From Octopus vulgaris (lineage: Eukaryota), in assembly GCA_951406725.2 (NCBI GenBank), contig OX597814.1, forward strand, positions 91,078,001 through 91,142,000: DNA of 64,000 nt. Reading direction: 5' to 3'. Below, in pieces: positions 1 through 13,490 of this stretch (within the stretch, counting starts at the first letter, position 1; the number at the start of each line of letters is the position of its first letter). Position numbers and translations under genes: made by a program. The notes under the pieces are model-generated. The model saw only the letters and a list, made by a program, of their open reading frames with translations. It was not told the origin of the DNA and did no database searches.

Positions 1-879
1 TCATTTTTTAATATTTTTGTAAAATATATGTATGTGTGTGTCACATGTATGTATACAGTATGTATACAGAATGTATCTACACGTATACCTATACATATAA
101 ATATAGCGCGCGCGCACATACATACACAGACAGACGGGCAGACACACACACACACATATATACATATCTATGTACGGCATAGTGGCATGGCTGCATTATC
201 GCAAGAAGACTTGGTTCAAAGTGCACCCAGACTGTAACCAATAGATGAAAATGAAACTGCATATATTTTTATAATCTAATTTTATATATGACATTATGTA
301 AGAGATTTCGCAGCCATCTTTTGTTAACATTCAGAATATTTATTTGTAATGAATTGTAATCATCTAGTATGAAACAACCATTTTGACATGAAATAATTTT
401 AAAATATTTAGTATTTTCGTTGATTTTCAGAAACCGTACTTATAAATAATTGACACGACGCTTTCAAATGTTTACACAAGGTAATTACTCATATCGTAAC
501 TGTACGACATGAAGAAATTAAATAATCCACAAGAAGATTTAATCAGAGCCATGTAGTATTCTTAACATTCAATTTAGTGATTAATTGATTTACGAAGCAA
601 CGAAAGAGCTTCTAATTTGTTGATCGATGGGCTAACTTTAACAGCAAATTCCGGTTTGGAAATTATATATTAAATAAATAAGAAAATGTTGGACAATATA
701 GTCAACGAAGACGAAATTGCAGGCTACTCACAGTTAAACGTTTTTCATTATGAATTTGCTCATTTAAGCTGACGTAGATATAAGCAACTTAACTTATTTC
801 GGATATGATGCAGCTAATAAATGAAGAAATAGCAGATAATCAGTATACTGATATTGTTGCAAAATGACACTCTTCTTAT

Positions 880-1560
880 GTTGTTTGTCTCAAAGCAAAT
901 CTACTAGGGACTTTACAAACTGCAACCACCTCGTCTTTTGTGTTCCATCATAGTATATCCAGGAATATATTAGCCAATACATCTGTCTTTCTAAGTAATT
1001 TGAGAGATATTTCTGAGACATTTAGATGCCATTTTTAACTCGCAAAGCGAAAATGTAGAGGATCACTTCGTTGGCTTGTTACACATCGTGTTCTTGCTAC
1101 TATGCCTCTAGTAAAATAATTTACTTTTTAAGTACAACAAACAACTCTACTGGCATCAGGCTTTAATGTGAAAAGATTGTTGTCGTTGAGTTTGTCGTAG
1201 GGAACATATTAACCGGATACACGCTAGGTGTTAAAAGAGTGTCTATCTAGTATAGTATAGTGTAGGATTTAACCGTGGAATATGAATTGTTGAATACCTG
1301 CATGAGAATAGGATCGGCTTAGATGAAAAATGTGGATGACAAGAAGATATATATAGTATTTTGAATAAAGAGTATCCTAGATATTTTCATTCTTCCAAAT
1401 GTTGTACAAGAATTTTGATCAAGTGGGTGGGTTAGACGTGATAAGCATGTTGCAACTCTCTTCATAAGGACAAAGATAGATTTGCGGGAAATAAGAATTG
1501 CCGAACCAAATAAAAGAAGGTTCTTTCTTCCCGGATTATTTCAAATACATAGATGTCATT
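880..1560 (-). mobile_element. Heavily degraded Penelope-like RT remnant
   Basis: Minus-strand fragments LYSK, YLL..H, KPILFS and SVYP follow the order of Penelope RT C-terminal motifs (LYxK, YLxxxSxHP, KSIPYSQ, RGYP); many stops and frameshifts. Confidence 0.3.
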
Positions 1561-1664
1561 TTTTAATGCAATGTATAATATAGGCCCATTATATGTATGT
1601 GTGCTTATATATATTTATATATTCTTATGACAATACAAGCACAGGAATAAACATACATGCATAC

Positions 1665-1666
<2 letters not shown>

Positions 1667-1695
<29 letters not shown>

Positions 1696-1885
1696 TGTAT
1701 GTATGTATGTATGTATGTATGTATGTATGTATGTATGTATGTATGCATGTATGTAGGTATGTATGTATGTATGCATGCATGTATGCATGCATGCATGCAT
1801 GTATGTATGTATGTATGTATGTATGTATGTATGTATGTATGTATGTATGTATGTATGTATGGATGGATGGATGGATGGATGGATG
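1667..1885. repeat. (TATG)n/(CATG)n/(GATG)n compound microsatellite
   Basis: Directly visible tandem tetranucleotide repeats. Confidence 0.97.
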
Positions 1886-2069
1886 TAAATAATATTACTG
1901 TTCTTTCTTACGAAATATATAGAACTGCTAAAAATAAGTGCTCGAGTCGAACCCGAAGGAAAAGATAAGAATTAAGATATAAACTCAAATTATGCGTCGA
2001 TATGTATTAATATATGTATTCGAATATATAAATGTATGATTGCCTAATTTGTGTTTATAGCTTAATTCT

Positions 2070-2101
<32 letters not shown>

Positions 2102-4729
2102 TGTATGTATGTATGTATGTATGTATGTGTGAATGTGTGTGAGTAATAACTATATTTTTTTTACATCGTATCTTTTTTCTTTTTTTTTTTGGTAATTACA
2201 ATGGAAAACAAATGATCGAAATTTTTACATAGATGAGAGAATTTAGTAGTGAAATAAATACATTATTATGAATTTAGCTGCTCTATACATAATGAATTTA
2301 GCTGCTATATATGTAAAAAAATAAAAAATTACGTCCCCTTTGACCCGCCATATATCAGATTTCATTTGTCTATGAATAATAAATAGCATGCGATTGCTAA
2401 GAAAAACTGGAGCATTTTTATTTTAACGATTGACTGTCTATCAAAAATTGAATTTATGTTTATTAAAATAATGTTACACATGTTAAATATTTAACATAAT
2501 GGGGCGGTACAATAAAATATTTGAAAACCAGTGAAATAGGTATCAACACTTCGAAATTTCCTATTTTCGAACGTAAAATTATCTTTCAGATACCTTTAGG
2601 GCTTTGTTGAATGCAAATGTTTTCTAAATAAATATGCAGCAAATAGTAAACACATGCCGTGCAATATAGTCAATATATTAGTTAGATATTAGAACGCGAC
2701 TGATTGTAGTAGTTATATTTATGGAACGCCAATGAAAGACCTTAACTTATATTCGGATTTTACTTTCATTTCCAAGATCTAAATGTATATACTTACATAT
2801 AAGCACACACATGTATACACACATACGTGCGTATATACATACATACATACGCACGCACATACATACATTCATGTGTGTATATGTATATATATATATATTA
2901 TCTGAAATGTATAGTATTAAATATCCATCACGGGCGTGTTAGGTAACAAACCAATTATATTACTTTACGCTCATCAGAGTTAGGCTATATGGAAGGGAAT
3001 ATGGCGACTGCTCTCTATTGTCGGAGGTGTATTACCACAAACGGTCAGCGATCGTTGTGAAAAAGGTGGTAGAACGGAAGAGTGGTCACGGGATTAATTT
3101 AAGAGTTATTTCCCCTTGTTGGGGTTGCTGTAAAGCCGGCAAGAGTCATCCTGAAGTGGTGAAAGTGTGTATTAACGTGGTGTTCCTGTGAAGATGAGGG
3201 TATGTGGTATGTGTAGTGGTGTCATATGTATATTTTTTCCGGGGTTGTAGGTGTATATAACTGTGATCATTGGTCTGTCTTATATCTGTAAACGATAAAG
3301 TCGTGGACAGGCTTTATGACCCAGAGAGATTGACAGGCAGATACGATAGTAAGATTCAGATATTAATAGATTATGAGCGAACATTGTGGGTGGAAGAAAA
3401 ACGAAGGATTAGTTGAAATTTAATTATAATATTTAATGTTTATTGTGGTCTTGCTTGGTTTAATCGAATAAGAAAAATGATTATATTCACTCGAGAATAA
3501 TATCCAGTTTTCTTTAATTAAAGAGCATTAGATGAATATTAAACCAGAACACAGAAGAAGAGCGAACGATAAAAGAATATTCTTCAAAGTCCTCCAGATT
3601 ATTCAATTTTGACTATTTAGAATTCCAAATCAAGATTATTCTTATGTTAGAAAAGATTTGTTTTCAAATTACTCATCTGAACGCAAATTCACCTTCTATT
3701 CTTTTGGAATCTATAAAATATGTCCACACATCCATTCCAGTCATATCGAATTTTTCTGCTTCTATGAATATACTTTAATATATTTGTTACGTTAAATATT
3801 ATTTAATGACGAACTGCCCGATTGTAGAAAGGTTTTATAAAGATGTATAATGTAAATTTGCTTGTTATTTTCAGTGGAGCATTGATAAAATAAATATACA
3901 CCTAGTGTTCCAATTAAACTACAATCAGAATTCAACAACACATCCGGTGAAACGAACCATCAAAGAAACTATTAGTTCGTCGCTTTACCAGTTCAAAATT
4001 GTTGCCAAATCTCCTTTGAAACACAGAATAATATATTTTTAAATGTATTACAATCAAATGGTTTGATTATGGGCAGAAATACTTCAGTTACAGATCTCGT
4101 CGGTCAAATCGATCTAACGCTGAACAACAACGGACGTCTGAAAAGCGTGGCTACTTGCCAAAGATACAGAAAAAATCAGTATGAATAATTTTGTTGATAA
4201 ATATTTTATAGAAACTCGTTCAGCAAAATTTAGCATTTTCCCCATAATAGTTGAGTTATCTTCAGTTTGCAATTTTATTTGTTAGACGAAATTATAAAAA
4301 ACAATTTTCTAATAGTTTATTGAATTTTTTCAAAGCAAATAATTATTATATATAACTTCATTCGTTTCAAAATATATTTTTATTCTCCAAAATTCAATAT
4401 TTTGAATGAGCAATGATAATCATGAAATATAATTTCAAAGTTTGATTAACTTTACAGTATATTTGTTGTCGATAAAAATAAAACGTATATTGCGTCAGAA
4501 ACAAACATATGAACCATAAAACATAAGCCAGAATATAGAACAATGTACCCTAAGAGGAAGTATTTCTGCATATCTAAAAGAAATCAATTGAAAAGCTCAG
4601 GGAAAAATTTTTGAAATTTACTTTTAAATATATAAATGGTTTGAACATTATGTCACCATTAAGAAAAGCATACATATATATATATATATATATTCTAAAC
4701 GATACGGAAGAAAGAGTGTATTGGAAACT

Positions 4730-5130
4730 TTATTTATTGCAACAATTGTTTCAGCATATATTTGCACTGCTCCCAATTGGGTGGGGAGCGACATAATGAA
4801 ATCGAATGCACCCAACAGTGCAACTAAACCCTCATCATGTGACGTATTAGGCTTCTAAATAATAAACTTTACATAGGAATAGCTGGATAATGTTGTGAGT
4901 ATTGGCGTGTTGATAGTAGTCGTTCCCAAATACATTGATGGAGCAGAATAAGAGTGGTGTTTATTCAGATCTCAACAAGCAGAAAGTGGTTGATGAAAAG
5001 TACAAAATAGAATGCAGAGAATAAAGAGAAAGGTTTTATTGGCTTTGGAATGTCTTGATTGCTGGTCATGCCTATCAAGAGTGACGACGTGGTGAAAAAG
5101 TTGCTGGTTCACATATTTAGACTTGATGGC
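4730..5130 (-). mobile_element. Penelope-like 3' remnant with degenerate hammerhead-like motif
   Basis: Minus strand: ATGATGA (4832-4838), long stem, GAAA (4749-4752), palindrome AACAATTGTT, then AATAAA. Confidence 0.3.
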
Positions 5131-5292
5131 TACTTACTGACCCTATGGAACGTATCCCAGTATACAGCGATTCGCACTTACGCCTATTTACACACACACA
5201 CACGAGTACATACGCGCATATACACTCATATACGTTCACTCATGCTAATCGGCATATTTACATAGACTCCTCCATATATATATATACATGAA

Positions 5293-5545
5293 GGAGCACT
5301 CCGGCGGTTACGACGACGAGGGTCCCCGCTGATACGATCAAGCTTTCTTGTGAAATTAACGTGAAAGTCACTGCGCACTCCATAGATACATGTACCCTTA
5401 ACGTAATTCAATGTACCCTTAACGAAGATTCAATGTGATACAGAGTGTCTTAAGGTTGGCTCTTTAAAATACAGGTACTAATCATTTTTGCCAGCTGAGT
5501 GGACTGGAGCAACGTGAATAAACCGTCTTGCTCAGGAAGACAACG
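5293..5545 (-). mobile_element. CORE-type SINE body
   Basis: Minus strand carries the CORE-like segment (TTATTCACGTTGCTCCAGTCCACTCAGCTGGCAAAAATGA); shared with 11040-11170. Confidence 0.7.
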
Positions 5546-5639
5546 ATCCACACACCTTCACGTATGTATATATGTATATGTATATGTATATATACACTTT
5601 TTCGTTTCTTTTCCTTTGTTATTTCTTTTATTTTCTTTC

Positions 5640-5818
5640 ATTTCTTTCAGTAATTTGACAGCAGCCATGTTGGAGCATTGCCTTTAGTCGAACAAATCGA
5701 CCCCAGGACTTTGTAAGCCTTGTACCTATTCTATCGGTGACATTTGCCGAACCGCTATGTTAAGTGGAGGTAAACATACCAACATCGGTTGTCAAGCGAT
5801 GGTTGGTGGACAAACACA
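5640..5818 (-). mobile_element. SINE family B, 3' part
   Basis: Reverse complement of 57140-57330 (AAGGCGGTGCTCCAGCATGGCC, CCTGGGGTCGATTTG). Confidence 0.8.
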
Positions 5819-5828
5819 CATACACACA

Positions 5829-5874
<46 letters not shown>

Positions 5875-5892
5875 CACGCGCGCATACACCGC

Positions 5893-6130
5893 CGGAAGTT
5901 CTTGTTGACAAACGAGAGCAGTAATTTCATTCAGCTGAATATACGTCATTGGTTGAAATTACCGAAATACGAGAACTTTAACGTGAAATAACTTCGTAAA
6001 TATAATTTTTTCTCAAAATAGTACGAGTAAAGTATGTTTTATATGACACGTTCTACCAGTGTCCGAAGCTTGAAAGTGTTTAGTTACAAAAAATTAATTT
6101 TTAAATCTGTAGGTCAAAAGGTAAATATCC
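5893..6130. mobile_element. Partial MITE related to 15426-15778
   Basis: Shares ACAC(G/A)TTCTACCAGT(G/A)T(C/A)CGAAG and an ATCC terminus. Confidence 0.5.
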
Positions 6131-6232
6131 TAGACATATATATACATATATATGTGTTCATATATTTATATATATGTCAATATAAAATATATGATATATA
6201 TACATGTATATATACATAATATAAATATATAT

Positions 6233-6284
<52 letters not shown>

Positions 6285-6467
6285 TGTAGAAAAATATATT
6301 CCACTAGATATACTGAATTCTCCTTGACATGGTGTTCTGGCTAGTAACACACTGACACAATGCTGGATAAGCTTGGGTTAGAACGACGAATGGGGGCTGG
6401 CTATAGTTGACTAAGAATATACAGAAGTATTTGTTTATATACTTAGACGCACACCAATGTATATACT

Positions 6468-6595
6468 TACTCTTTTACTCTTTTAATTGTTTCCGTCATT
6501 TGACCGCGGCCGTGCTGGAGCAACGCCTTTAGTCGAACAAATCAACCCCAGGACCGATTCTTGAAAACCTAGTACTTATTCTATCGGTCTCTTCT
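6468..6595 (-). mobile_element. SINE family B, 3' fragment
   Basis: Matches 5640-5740 and the reverse complement of 57225-57345. Confidence 0.8.
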
Positions 6596-7371
6596 CTGTG
6601 ATTATTATGTACCTTATTTTGTACCTTATATATAAAATACTACAATTAGACGTAAGTATTGATGGATCATGGTCAGCTAGTATAAAAAAATCTATAAAGC
6701 TCACTCGCAATTGTCTATATGACCTACGTTAATTCACACCCTATTTGGATGCAGGGTCCCATATATAGTGGTTTAGACATGCAAACAATCACATTTACGA
6801 GCATTTCTGAGTGTGCATCCATATATTTGTCTTGACATGAGGCCCACTTGCAAATGTCTGCATTAGCAGTGTCTATTCACTCCATATAAGGTGTGTTTAT
6901 GTATTTAATCTACCACACGCACGCCCAAAGACGAATATATTTATACATGTCTATATCTGTAAATATAGGCGCATAAGAAGATATGTCGGTTACACACAAA
7001 CTCACTCAGATGGTTATACATATAAATATACAATTATCACATTGCATATTGTATAAACTGGAATTGGACAGACCCATTCGATTGATTACAAATAAATAAG
7101 TGATATTCATAATACATATCATATAAAATTGAATTGCAAGGATCGCAGGAGCAATTCTTAACCTTCAACAATAATCTCTATAACATATTGGATAATATGG
7201 ATTGTTATAGATCGTCCGTAATTAAAACTTGTATAGACAAATATTATATAGGACAAGCACTGCGAGTTACCGGATTTCCTGACAATTATATCGTTACTGT
7301 GAATGACATCAAGTAGCCCAAACGGTGAATGTTCTGTAATCGACACTAATAGACATACTAATCCAAGTAGT

Positions 7372-7448
<77 letters not shown>

Positions 7449-7470
7449 GTGTGTATGTGTGCATGTGTGT
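7372..7470. repeat. (TA)n/(TG)n microsatellite
   Basis: Directly visible. Confidence 0.95.
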
Positions 7471-7557
7471 ATGGGGGTGCTTGTTTGTGTGTGTATATAT
7501 ATATTCATATATGTATTCATATATTCTTTATTTGTGGCTAAAGAAGGAGACAATGGG

Positions 7558-7646
7558 TTTACACGTGCCACATAGAAGTGTTCGTACTCGTCCCCATTTT
7601 TGATTAATAGAGTCGAGATTCAACACTTCCATGTGGCACGCTTAAA
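7558..7646 (-). ncRNA. Candidate pre-miRNA-like hairpin
   Basis: 19-nt arms 7564-7582 and 7622-7640 are complementary at 18/19 positions; stem extends inward and outward; several mismatches become G:U pairs only on the minus strand. Confidence 0.25.
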
Positions 7647-9239
7647 TAATTCTTTACATGAAACCACCAGTGATAACTCACAAATAAGGAATATTTATCC
7701 ACCATCGCGGTGTTGAGCACTTATTATCACCGTTAGTTATCAACGTACACATACACACGCACACACACACACATACACACACATCTCGAGACGTATGTCT
7801 GAATATGTGCGTCTAATCTCATTTATCAAGGTGTGACGCAATTGTGTGTTTTATTTCAAGATATCCTATGTGAATGGTAAGAATTTATTGAATTTTGGCA
7901 TTCAAAGAAAAAAATATAGCATTCATTATGTATAGGTCAATTGTATATTTCCTATTCACAATGGCTCAATACACCGTCGTAACCTTATCTCTATTATTCA
8001 ATTTTTAGTTGTCCCATTCAATATATAATGAAATGCGGTAATGCTTTATTATTGCTATTTTCGTATTTATGAAGCATGATAAGACATACTTCCTTTATAT
8101 GAAAACAAAAGGAGAATAATAATTCCATGATATAGGAAATTCATTAGTTGATGAACCTTCATTTGGCTAACAATTCATGAAAACTGATCTCTCAATAACA
8201 GTAAGATTACGTATGGCCATAATTCAATTGTCTTCATAAACTGATAAATACTTCGTCATCGTGATAAACTTTCTTAAGCAATGCACCGATAACAATAGAC
8301 TTCCACTACATATAATCAGAATTTACTTACAGTTTCTATGTTATCGGGAAAGCAGATAAACTTGTCATCCATCCATTTATTTAATTCCACTCTTGACCGC
8401 TCCATCAATTATCAATAATTTATTTCCTTTTCTTTTCACTATTTCTCGCATTCTGCCTACAATCTACATCCATTGGAAACTTAATTAACCAAATATATTT
8501 ATTCTTAAATGTAATTTTCCTATTCTGTATTTTCTGAATACGAAAATTCTTTCTGGTTCTTTCCACATTTTATATGAATTTATTTCCTGAAGTAAAACAC
8601 GGAAGGGTTATATAATGGTTGAAGACAGATTCCTATTTTCATGCAACAGTTTCTTCATCATGGAAATGCATCAATATCGATTAAGAGTATCATTATCTTG
8701 TCCTATCTAACTATTAAAGGTAACGTACATTAAATTTCACTTCTGATATTTTTACTATTTTGGGGTTAATGTCACATAAGGCTAAAATGCGCTTGGCAAG
8801 TACTATCTCACATCTAAAAGTTATTGACAGAATGATTTACACAAAGACCACAGATTAACAAAGCATATGATTTTTGATAAGAACCACACAAAAGACGAAG
8901 TATTAACGTAAGAATAAAATGTTCCAAAGATTCTTAGCACATTCTACTCAGCCTGGTATGGCATATATTTTTGGTGCCAGCAATGGACAATGAGATATGA
9001 AATCTTAAATGAATCAGGCTTTCAATTTAAATTTATTTCCCTTAAAATTTACTTATGAACTATAGTTTCCAGCATTGAATTGTTACACACAGATTTGAAA
9101 CTAAAATGATCCAAGGTCGGATGTGAGGTTTGCTATGTAAGACATGGAACAATACATTCAAAATCAGTTGTTGACAATATCCTCCAATTCACTATGTGTG
9201 TGACTAATTATGATCGCTATATTGCTTATATTACATAAA

Positions 9240-9895
9240 TAAAATGTCGTTAATATACTACTTCCCTATGCGACACGAAGGTGGCGCTAAAATACTTTAC
9301 AACACCATCCACAAGGAAAACTGTCCTGAAATAAACTTAAAAAATCCCTCTGTAATGGAACACATTCATAAAGAGCAACTCTAGGAATACTGGTGGAAAT
9401 GTTTCCATTAAAACTTCTGTTAGATGTAAACATAACAGATAGGATATTGTCGTTTGGGACAGAGGGGCAAAGGTATGTACCATCACATAGGTCAGCGGTC
9501 ATGCAGATATGAATATTTCTTTGAAAATCAAAGAAAAAGAGAATATCTATGGACAACGGCTTCGAAACCTCCAGCTTCTATATCCAAACTATGAATTCAT
9601 ATTCATACCAATAATAATTGGAGCAGTAGGTTTTGTTAGAAAATGCTTAAAGGAGAATCTGGATAAACTGGGATTTTTAGAAAGAGAAATCGATGGGCTA
9701 ATTCGTACATTACAAGTGTAATCTGTGAGTGGAACATTAAAAATATGCAATACTTTTCTCAAGTTCCAAATGTGAATTTGTCCATGTTAACTACATCTCA
9801 AAGATGGAACCTTGTCTTTTTGTTGGAATCCGGCTCCCTCCTCCGTGGAGGATTTATAATAATTAAATACATAGAAGAGACATATATACATACAT
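9240..9895 (+). mobile_element. R4/Dong-clade non-LTR retrotransposon, 3' fragment (REL endonuclease and 3' UTR)
   Basis: KMSLIYYFPMRHEGGAKILYN, DIVVWDR, KEKENIYG, IPIIIGAVG; homologous to 41900-43200. Confidence 0.85.
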
Positions 9896-9896
9896 A

Positions 9897-10419
9897 CGTG
9901 GCTGTGTGTTAAGAACCTGGCTTCCCAACCACATGGTTCAGGATTCGGTCTCACTATGTGTCACCTTCGACAAGTGTATTCTGCTATAGACCCAGATCGA
10001 CCAAAACCTTGTGAGTGGATTTGGTAGACAGAAGCTGAAAGAAGCCAATCGTATATATATATAAATATATCGAGAATTTACAAAAACCAAAAGACGGTGA
10101 CGGGTGTGTAAACAACAAACATTTGTATTAGTTTAACGCTCGGGATATGAAAACTTCTTTTACGTTTCGAGCCTACACTCTTCGACAGAAAGGAACACAT
10201 AAATAAACAGGGAGAGAAAACAGAAATTAGAAAATAGAAAACAGAAAAGCGTTTAGTGGCTGGCGATCTATCATGGCGATGGATGTGTTTGTCAAACGAT
10301 GTTTGTGTGTGTTAGCGGTCCACAAAAGATATCGATAGAGTAAATACTAGGCTTACACATAATAATATCTGTAGTTGATTTGTTCGACTAAAGACGGTAC
10401 TCCAGCATGGCCGTGAAAT

Positions 10420-10420
<1 letters not shown>
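9897..10420 (+). mobile_element. SINE family B interrupted by a Penelope-like tail at 10070-10280
   Basis: Head GTGGCTGTGTGTTAAG..GGATTCGGTCTC; body matches 56926-57345; 3' part resumes near 10290. Confidence 0.8.
10070..10280 (-). mobile_element. Non-autonomous Penelope-like tail with minimal hammerhead motif (10157-10192)
   Basis: Minus: CTTT-CTGTCGA-A-GAGT-GTAG-GCTC-GAAA-CG-TA-AAAG; second copy at 38412-38600. Confidence 0.6.
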
Positions 10421-10460
<40 letters not shown>

Positions 10461-10489
10461 AACAAGTAAAACACACACACACACACATG

Positions 10490-10872
10490 TAATTGATGAA
10501 GGAAACAGAAGATGAATTTAGTATTATAATAAAGCGCTTTATTTTATACGACTACCGTTCTGACCCAGCCTGCTACTGTCCCGTTTACGGAGAATTCTAT
10601 GCATCAGGTTGCGGTGCAACCATTTTGCAGTATGGCCCACATCCGGTACAATAATTTATAAAGTGGTGTTACGCCAAAGATCTTGAGTTTGGGCGGTCCT
10701 GTTATTTACTCGCTCGAATTAGGGAATGAAGCATTGTTATAATCGTCATCATACAACGCAAAATTGGGTATGAAATCCCATCCATAAGGGACAGCAGCAG
10801 GATGGGTCGAAATAAACGTCGTAGAAAATAAAAACTAATACCAAATCCATCTTCTCTTTCGTTCATCAATTA
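10490..10872. mobile_element. Foldback/MITE with about 100-bp imperfect terminal inverted repeats
   Basis: 10490-10591 aligns to the reverse complement of 10781-10872 (TAATTGATGAA...TTCATCAATTA). Confidence 0.75.
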
Positions 10873-10946
10873 TTATTATCCCAACAAACACTGCGAACTA
10901 GATCTAAGACATTTCAATTTAAGAACGAATTTAATATATATATATA

Positions 10947-10987
<41 letters not shown>

Positions 10988-11039
10988 CTGTATGTATGTA
11001 TATATATATAGGACCCTCCTCCCTCATTAATGGCCATGG

Positions 11040-11170
11040 CATTAGTGACGCTACAACTCATTTCTAGAGCTGAGTGAATTGGAGCAACGTGAATTAAAGT
11101 TCTTTGCACAAGAACACAACACACAGCCCAGTCGGGAATTGAACTCAGTACTTCAGTGAGCTATACGCCT
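11040..11170 (-). mobile_element. CORE-type SINE fragment with tRNA B-box
   Basis: AGCTGAGTGAATTGGAGCAACGTGAA shared with 5490-5520; minus GAGTTCAATTCCC B-box. Confidence 0.65.
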
Positions 11171-11184
11171 TACATCAATCTAAC

Positions 11185-11208
11185 TATCTATATATATACA
11201 TATATATG

Positions 11209-11291
<83 letters not shown>

Positions 11292-11335
11292 GTACGACAG
11301 ATAGATATATATATATATAGTACATATATATGCAT
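11185..11335. repeat. (TA)n microsatellite
   Basis: Directly visible. Confidence 0.95.
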
Positions 11336-11678
11336 ACATTTGTGGTGTCAGTGTCTAAGTGTATGATTGTTACTTAAGACAGAATAACTGTTCAAGATTC
11401 CACTTCCAAATGCCTTGCATCAGTGAGATGTCTACTTAAATATGGAGTATAAGTTACAAAATAGATTGTGGAAGAGAGTGAAAAACAAAATGTTAGAGAG
11501 AAGTAGAGAGTGAGAGTGAGAAATGACAAAGTCAAAAGAAGAAAAGCATACCTGTGTCAGTGGCACTTAGGTAATGTACGTTAGACGGATGCAGTATGCA
11601 TAAGTGCATTTCAAAAACTCAGATAACTTAGAAAAATTTTGTGCTCGAAACTATATATTTAGGTTTTAAAGGAACAGG

Positions 11679-11714
<36 letters not shown>

Positions 11715-11914
11715 ACATATGTGTGTGTGTGTGTATGTATAGGGAATATTTAATGTTTGAACCGTCGGATCTGGAAGTAGAAAAACTGCGAATAGGATAG
11801 AGAAATTAATATATATATATATATACAAGGATGAGTGGATTAATATGTATCCATTGTAATCCTCTGTGTATTAGATGTTATTCATTTACAAATATATATA
11901 TTTGAAATATTCTG

Positions 11915-11920
11915 TATGCG

Positions 11921-11977
<57 letters not shown>

Positions 11978-12050
11978 ATGTATCCATATATATGTATATC
12001 AATACATGTATATGTACATATATATCTATATGTATACACACACGCGCACG

Positions 12051-12093
<43 letters not shown>

Positions 12094-12140
12094 GTGTGTG
12101 CGTGTGTGTGTGTGTGTCTGTGTGTGTGTGTACAGACAGA
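11915..12140. repeat. (TA)n/(TG)n/(CA)n compound microsatellite
   Basis: Directly visible; explains five overlapping spurious ORFs. Confidence 0.95.
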
Positions 12141-13229
12141 CAGTCACAGACACTGAAATGCAAAGTTGTTTACAAGGATTGTGATTACTCTGTTTTCAAT
12201 TCCCTGCTGAATATTTATTGATTTTCCTACGAAAATAAAATATAACAATATCATATTTGTTGTTTTTCTCCCTCATCGAAGCCTATTATTCCTGCGTTTT
12301 CGAAACGTTTTGGGGATTTCACTTGTTATGAGATCTTATAGAATATTCTTAATAGCGAGACTGTAATGTCAGAAAATTATTCTTCTTGATATTTGGAACG
12401 TTGAGGTCTGTTGAGCATGATATTGATATTTGTAGTATTAGATACGTGTCGTTTCAGAAATGAAACGATATTTCAAGCGGCTATACTTACAATTGTATAA
12501 AAAAAATTTCAGGTATTTATCCTTATTATAATATTAGTATCGATTACAGAACATTGATGCGTTGAGATGAGGTTACGCTGCTGCCTAGAAATATTAACAA
12601 ATTTAAAAGCATGTTTGTATTACTTATACTGTTATTCGATTTTAATTACATGAATACCCTTTTGTATTGTCACTACCTTGTACACCTTGCTAATGTTAAA
12701 ATGAGGCATTTGTCTTGAAAAATATACAAAATCATTTTGAACAACCTCCAATATATATTTAGTACTAGATATAGTTTTAATATGATAGCATTTATATATA
12801 AATTCTTTAGTCAAATACGTATCCTAGTTGCTTGAGAATAACGAAGTGTTGATGCTGTATCAATGATGATGTACATTGGTCATGTTGTAGTATGAAACAT
12901 TACACACACATATTTACTGAATATGAAATGAATAATTTTTACGACAGCAAATTATTTGTGCATGATAGGGGCGCAATATTAACATTCCGCATTTCTTTGT
13001 GATGCAGTTCTCAAGTGACATTCAGAGGGATATCCGAAATACTATAATATTAGTATAGTATTTTCACATAGATATTATATCAGCATTTTAATATTAGATA
13101 TTTACATTGATTTAAACATGACAAAATCAACATCTTTCGATACATTTTACTCGGATTCACTAGACAGGAATTAATTTAGGCTAGAAATCCCTATCAAAAA
13201 TAAAATATTACGGTCAAGTTAAAGTGGCA

Positions 13230-13490
13230 AACCATAAGTTTTACATTTGGGCTGGCGGGGGAACGGGCTGTCACCCTGCCGATCACTCTCCCTGAAATCA
13301 TTGGTAGAAAATTACTATGTATGTCAGACCAACATTCTCTATCATACTTCTGCACAACAAGCAATTCCTTTACCCATTTATCAGTGTGCAAAATACTGGA
13401 TATCAGGGATGTGCATACTCGGGAAAATGAGAGGAACAATATCTCCCGTTCAAACACAAATTTGAATGACCGTTTTCCCTTCTTGTCTTT
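13230..13490 (+). mobile_element. Penelope GIY-YIG C-terminal remnant
   Basis: GGTGCHPADH resembles GETGRRLADR; NSFTHLSVC resembles HSxxHMSVC; RENERNNISRSNTNLNDRFPF resembles RxxEQxLIFxLxTxxPxGLNERFSF. Confidence 0.5.

Noticed and set aside
1593-1968. Overlapping ORFs with MYVC/YIHT repeats (and similar ORFs throughout)
   Set aside because: Translations of microsatellites that lack stop codons
2940-3470. GC-richer block resembling a solo LTR
   Set aside because: No TG..CA ends, TSD or second copy identified
12455-12730. Hydrophobic, mostly single-frame stretch with IPFCIV..GICLEKY
   Set aside because: Several stops and motif spacing inconsistent with a GPCR; AT-rich composition suffices
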